Of a stretch of DNA of 64,000 bases, positions 60,188 to 64,000 are shown piece by piece. Position 1 is the first letter of the stretch, and every line of letters starts with the position of its first letter. Below the pieces are notes generated by a model, which saw only the letters and a list, made by a program, of their open reading frames with translations, did not search any database and was not told the DNA's origin. The DNA comes from an uncultured Verrucomicrobiae bacterium (GTDB lineage Bacteria > Verrucomicrobiota > Verrucomicrobiia > Palsa-1439), in the NCBI GenBank assembly GCA_963812605.1, contig CAWEWF010000014.1:352001-416000 (forward strand), read 5' to 3'. Made by a program: the position numbers and the translations under genes.

Positions 60188-62458
60188 ATGCGAACTTTCA
60201 CTCTCTCCGGAATTCTCGTCTCGTTTCTAACCGTGTCTGTCCCGGGATTTGCCCAAACACAAACTTCTCCCGCAAAGCCGGTCTCAAGTTCTTCGAAGCC
60301 AGCGACCACTACGCGCTGGAGCGGCATGACCGAGAAACGTTTGGACGAATTGCTTGGCCAGATGACTCTCAAGGAAAAAATCGGCCAATTGTCCCAGGGG
60401 CAGGTCTATCGCTCGGACTCGGAGGCATCCGTTCGCGAGGGCAGCATTGGTTCGGTGATCGCCGGGGCTCGCCCGATGAGCAATGATCTCCAGCACGTGG
60501 CGGTCGAACAATCCCGGTTGGGAATCCCGCTGTTGGTCGCCTACGACGTGATTCACGGGTATCGCACGATTTTTCCGATCCCGCTTGGACAAGCCGCGGC
60601 ATGGAACCCGAAACTGACCGAGGAGGCGGCCCGTATTGCCGCGCGCGAGGCGGCTTCCGAATGGATTCGTTGGACGTATGCGCCGATGGTCGATATCGCG
60701 CGCGACCCGCGTTGGGGACGGATCGCCGAGGGCGCTGGCGAAGACCCGTATCTTGACAGCACGCTCGGCGCGGCCATGGTGCGCGGCTTTCAGGGGAAGG
60801 ATCTCAGTGACCCGGAGCATATTGCCGCCTGCGCAAAGCATTATGCGGCGTATGGCGCCGCTGAAGGCGGTCGCGATTACAATACGGTGGATATGTCCGA
60901 GCGCACCTTGCGCGATGTTTATCTGCCTCCATTCGAAGCCTGCGTGAACGCGGGTGTGGCAACCATCATGAGCGCCTTTGAAGAACTCAATGGCGTACCG
61001 GTGGCGGGCAACGCATTCCTATTACGCCAGGTTTTGCGAGACGAATGGAAGTTCAAGGGCGTGGTCATTAGCGATGCCGATGCCGTTCATGAGTTGGTGA
61101 CGCATGGACTTTGCGCGGACGACAAGGACGCCGCACGGATGGCGTTCTTGGCGGGCGTGGATGTCGAGATGTTCACCTCCACCTATCGCTCGAATCTCGA
61201 AGCGCTGGTCACCGAGGGTAAGGTGCCAATGCAAGCCGTCGACGATTCGGTGCGCCGCGTCTTGCGGCTGAAATGGGAATTGGGTTTGTTCGATAAACCG
61301 TTTGCGCGACCGAACCCCGACGAGGTTTTGCTAAGCAAAGGGCATCTGGATGTCGCCCGCGAGTTTGCGCGAGAGAGCATGGTGTTGCTGAAAAATGAGA
61401 ACCGCACACTTCCGCTGTGGAAGGACGTACCGTCCATTGCCGTGATTGGCCCGCTCGCCGACAGCGGGCGGGATCAATTGGGTACCTGGCCTGGCCATGG
61501 CGACGGCAAAGAAGCGCGCACCGCCTTGCAAGCCATCCGTGACGCCGTCGGGAAGACCGCTCGCATCAACTACGCGGTCGGGGTTGAGAATTGCCTGAGC
61601 ACAAACTGCAGCGGAATCGACGAGGCTGTCCGCGCCGCGAAGGAGTCGGCGGTCGCCGTCATGTTTGTAGGGGAGAATGCCACCCAATCCGGTGAGGCGG
61701 CGAGTCGCGCCCATCTCAATCTTTCGAGCGCGCAATTGGATTTGATCAAGTCTGTGAAAGCCACCGGGACGCCATTAGTAATTGTACTGATGGCTGGGCG
61801 TCCGCTGGAGCTGGACGAGTTGCTCGACGCGGCGCCGGCGGTACTGATGGCTTGGGATCCGGGCACGATGGGCGGACCAGCCATCGCCGACGTGCTTTTT
61901 GGCGAATACTCACCGTCGGGAAAACTGCCGATTTCTTGGCCACGCACCACCGGCCAGGTGCCGATTTACTACAACCACAAGAGCACGGGCCGTCCGTGGT
62001 TGGATCCGCTGAGACTGCCCAGTGCGACCCGGCATGTGTACCTCTCCGGGTACAATGACCTGGTAGCTGCGCCCCTGTTTCCGTTCGGCTACGGCTTGAG
62101 TTACACGCAATTCGAGTACACCAACATTCGGGTCGATCCGCAACATATCAAGCTTGGCGAGTCGGTCCATGTCACGGCGCGTATCGCCAATACGGGTGGT
62201 CGGCCCGGCACTGAGGTGGCGCAACTCTATGTCCGCGATCTCGTGGCGAGCATTTCACGGCCCGTGCGGGAACTGAAGGGCTTTCAAAGAATCACCCTCG
62301 ATGAAGGCCAGAGCCAGGACGTGGAGTTTGTCCTATCCACCGATGCGCTCGCTTTCCATAACGGCGAGATGAAACGCGTGACCGAGCCGGGACGGTATCG
62401 CGTCTGGGTGAGCAGCGATTCCGCCAGCGGCCAACCCGTCGAGTTCGACGTTGAGTAA
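60188..62458 (+). CDS. GH3 beta-glucosidase (BglX-like)
   Basis: Signal peptide, MTL.EKIGQ, SRLGIP, RDPRWGR..E..GEDP, KHY, ISD, PFGYGLSYT, ELKGF. Confidence 0.93.
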   Translation: MRTFTLSGILVSFLTVSVPGFAQTQTSPAKPVSSSSKPATTTRWSGMTEKRLDELLGQMTLKEKIGQLSQGQVYRSDSEASVREGSIGSVIAGARPMSNDLQHVAVEQSRLGIPLLVAYDVIHGYRTIFPIPLGQAAAWNPKLTEEAARIAAREAASEWIRWTYAPMVDIARDPRWGRIAEGAGEDPYLDSTLGAAMVRGFQGKDLSDPEHIAACAKHYAAYGAAEGGRDYNTVDMSERTLRDVYLPPFEACVNAGVATIMSAFEELNGVPVAGNAFLLRQVLRDEWKFKGVVISDADAVHELVTHGLCADDKDAARMAFLAGVDVEMFTSTYRSNLEALVTEGKVPMQAVDDSVRRVLRLKWELGLFDKPFARPNPDEVLLSKGHLDVAREFARESMVLLKNENRTLPLWKDVPSIAVIGPLADSGRDQLGTWPGHGDGKEARTALQAIRDAVGKTARINYAVGVENCLSTNCSGIDEAVRAAKESAVAVMFVGENATQSGEAASRAHLNLSSAQLDLIKSVKATGTPLVIVLMAGRPLELDELLDAAPAVLMAWDPGTMGGPAIADVLFGEYSPSGKLPISWPRTTGQVPIYYNHKSTGRPWLDPLRLPSATRHVYLSGYNDLVAAPLFPFGYGLSYTQFEYTNIRVDPQHIKLGESVHVTARIANTGGRPGTEVAQLYVRDLVASISRPVRELKGFQRITLDEGQSQDVEFVLSTDALAFHNGEMKRVTEPGRYRVWVSSDSASGQPVEFDVE

Positions 62459-62538
62459 ACAGCCGCTTGCGAACAAATCGATCGTCCGATGTTCGGCTTG
62501 CGTGTTGCGCAGGCTTTCGTTACCGTTTCGCCGCATCC

Positions 62539-63570
62539 ATGACGGAACTCGAACAACAACTTCAGTCCGCCCGCGCCGAAGCAGAAGCCGCGCTCGCAGC
62601 GTGCTCCGAACTGCCCGCGCTCGACCAGATCAAGGCCAAATACCTTGGGCGTAGCGGCGTGGTGTCAGTCGCGCTGGAGCAACTGGGCAAGCTCCCGAGG
62701 GAAGAGAAGCCGCGCATCGGTAAACTCGCCAACGAGATCAAGAACACGTTGACCGCGGCAATCGCGGCGAAGCGCGAGGAATTGGAAGCGAAAGTTGTCG
62801 CGTCCGGTCCGGCGATCGACATGACGTTGCCGGGGCGGCGTCATCATCTCGGCCATCTGCATCCGCTGACGCAAGTCTTCGAGCAGGCGGTCGCGATATT
62901 TCGCCGCATGGGATTCGCGGTGGAGGATGGCCCGGAGATCGAAGACGAGTGGCATTGCTTCGACGCGTTGAACACGCCTGCGGACCATCCCGCGCGCGAC
63001 ATGCAGGACACGTTTTATATCGATCCGCAAGCGATGCCGCCGGACCCGAAGCTCGGCCGGTACTTGTTGCGCACGCACACTTCGCCGGTGCAAATTCGCA
63101 CGATGATGAAGCAAAAGCCGCCGATTCGCATCGTCGCGCCGGGGCGCGTGTTCCGCCGCGATGAACTCGACGCCACGCACAGCCCGACCTTCCACCAGAT
63201 CGAAGGCTTGTACGTCGACAAGAACGTTACCGTCGCCGACCTCAAGGGCACTGTGGAGTTCTTCTTCCAGCAACTGCTTGACCCCGAGACGAAGGTGCGG
63301 TTCCGTCCGCATTTCTTTCCTTATACCGAACCGAGCTTCGAGATCGACCTCAGCACGCCGCATTTCCGCGCCCGTGGCAAGGAATGGATTGAGATCGCCG
63401 GCTGCGGCATGGTTGACCCCAACGTCTTCAAAGCCGTCGGCTACCCCGACGACGAATACACCGGCTGGGCCTTCGGCTTCGGCATCGAACGCCTCGCCAT
63501 GATCATGTGGAGCATCAACGACATCCGTTTATTTACGGAAAATGATGTGAGATTCCTGGAGCAGTTTTGA
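62539..63570 (+). CDS. pheS: Phenylalanine-tRNA ligase alpha subunit
   Basis: HPARDMQDTFY, LRTHTSPVQ, DATHSPTFHQIEG, FPYTEPS, GCGMV, AFGFGIER. Confidence 0.98.
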   Translation: MTELEQQLQSARAEAEAALAACSELPALDQIKAKYLGRSGVVSVALEQLGKLPREEKPRIGKLANEIKNTLTAAIAAKREELEAKVVASGPAIDMTLPGRRHHLGHLHPLTQVFEQAVAIFRRMGFAVEDGPEIEDEWHCFDALNTPADHPARDMQDTFYIDPQAMPPDPKLGRYLLRTHTSPVQIRTMMKQKPPIRIVAPGRVFRRDELDATHSPTFHQIEGLYVDKNVTVADLKGTVEFFFQQLLDPETKVRFRPHFFPYTEPSFEIDLSTPHFRARGKEWIEIAGCGMVDPNVFKAVGYPDDEYTGWAFGFGIERLAMIMWSINDIRLFTENDVRFLEQF

Positions 63571-63636
63571 ACTCCGGGTTGTCAACCTGAACTGGTCGAC
63601 GCATGACAAAATCTCACTGGTGCTTTTGCGTTCGCG

Positions 63637-64000
63637 CTACATTCGCCGCGCGGGGGTCACCAACCTCGAACCAGGATCACGCAGGGCGGGTGGGGCGACG
63701 CGGCATCGCACCATATCCAGCAGCGTCCGCGCGATAATATCCCAGCGTCGCATGTGTGAGCTGCCGATGGTGCGCATTGAAAACGGGACCGCCACTTCAC
63801 GGATGGTGAAGCCCATGCGCCTGGCTTGCACGAACAACTCCGCGTCCACAAACGGGCTGCGGGAGCGCAACTCCAACAATTCCCAGACAGACCGGGGCAG
63901 CGCCTTGAGGCCGAAATTGATGTCGCGCAGCTTCAGGCCGAAGAGTGTGCGCACGAGAAAATTGTACGTCTTCGAGACCACTTTGGAACGCCAATTGGCG
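63637..64000 (-). CDS. GT2-like glycosyltransferase, C-terminal part (runs off window)
   Basis: S..YN.LVR.LFG...RDIN.G.K, DAEL, G.TI.EV.V....R..G.S. Confidence 0.8.
   Translation of the reverse strand, partial: ANWRSKVVSKTYNFLVRTLFGLKLRDINFGLKALPRSVWELLELRSRSPFVDAELFVQARRMGFTIREVAVPFSMRTIGSSHMRRWDIIARTLLDMVRCRVAPPALRDPGSRLVTPARRM

Noticed and set aside
1-64000. CRISPR array or rRNA
   Set aside because: No regularly spaced repeat-spacer series, cas motifs or rRNA-like sequence seen.

Overview
GC-rich bacterial chromosomal window, probably Verrucomicrobiota/PVC (GloVer-type repeat + BACON surface protein, PEP-CTERM tail, dapL). It is mostly housekeeping and envelope genes: argH, mscL, metH, dapA/dapB/dapL, folK, panB/panC, nadB, pheS, several glycosyl- and methyltransferases, a GH3 glucosidase, tRNA-Val(CAC) and tRNA-Pro(CGG). 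It also holds one intact IS1182-family element (364-1896), several REP-like palindrome clusters and about a dozen single-base frameshifts that look like read/assembly errors. No CRISPR array or rRNA is visible. Three observations stand out. (1) A small GIY-YIG nuclease lies between tRNA-Pro and a copy of its 3' half in which the anticodon arm and T arm are each replaced by a CCCGA-N6-TCGGG palindrome; the same palindrome replaces part of a REP hairpin 18 kb away. (2) A SAM-I/IV riboswitch with a predicted terminator plus RBS-hairpin switch controls a 63-aa peptide ending in a CysE-like DFQI tail, upstream of metH. (3) A coupled ADP-ribosyltransferase-like + cytoplasmic trypsin-like gene pair abuts a decayed ParE-type toxin-antitoxin module. 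All family assignments come from motif recognition by eye; no searches were run.
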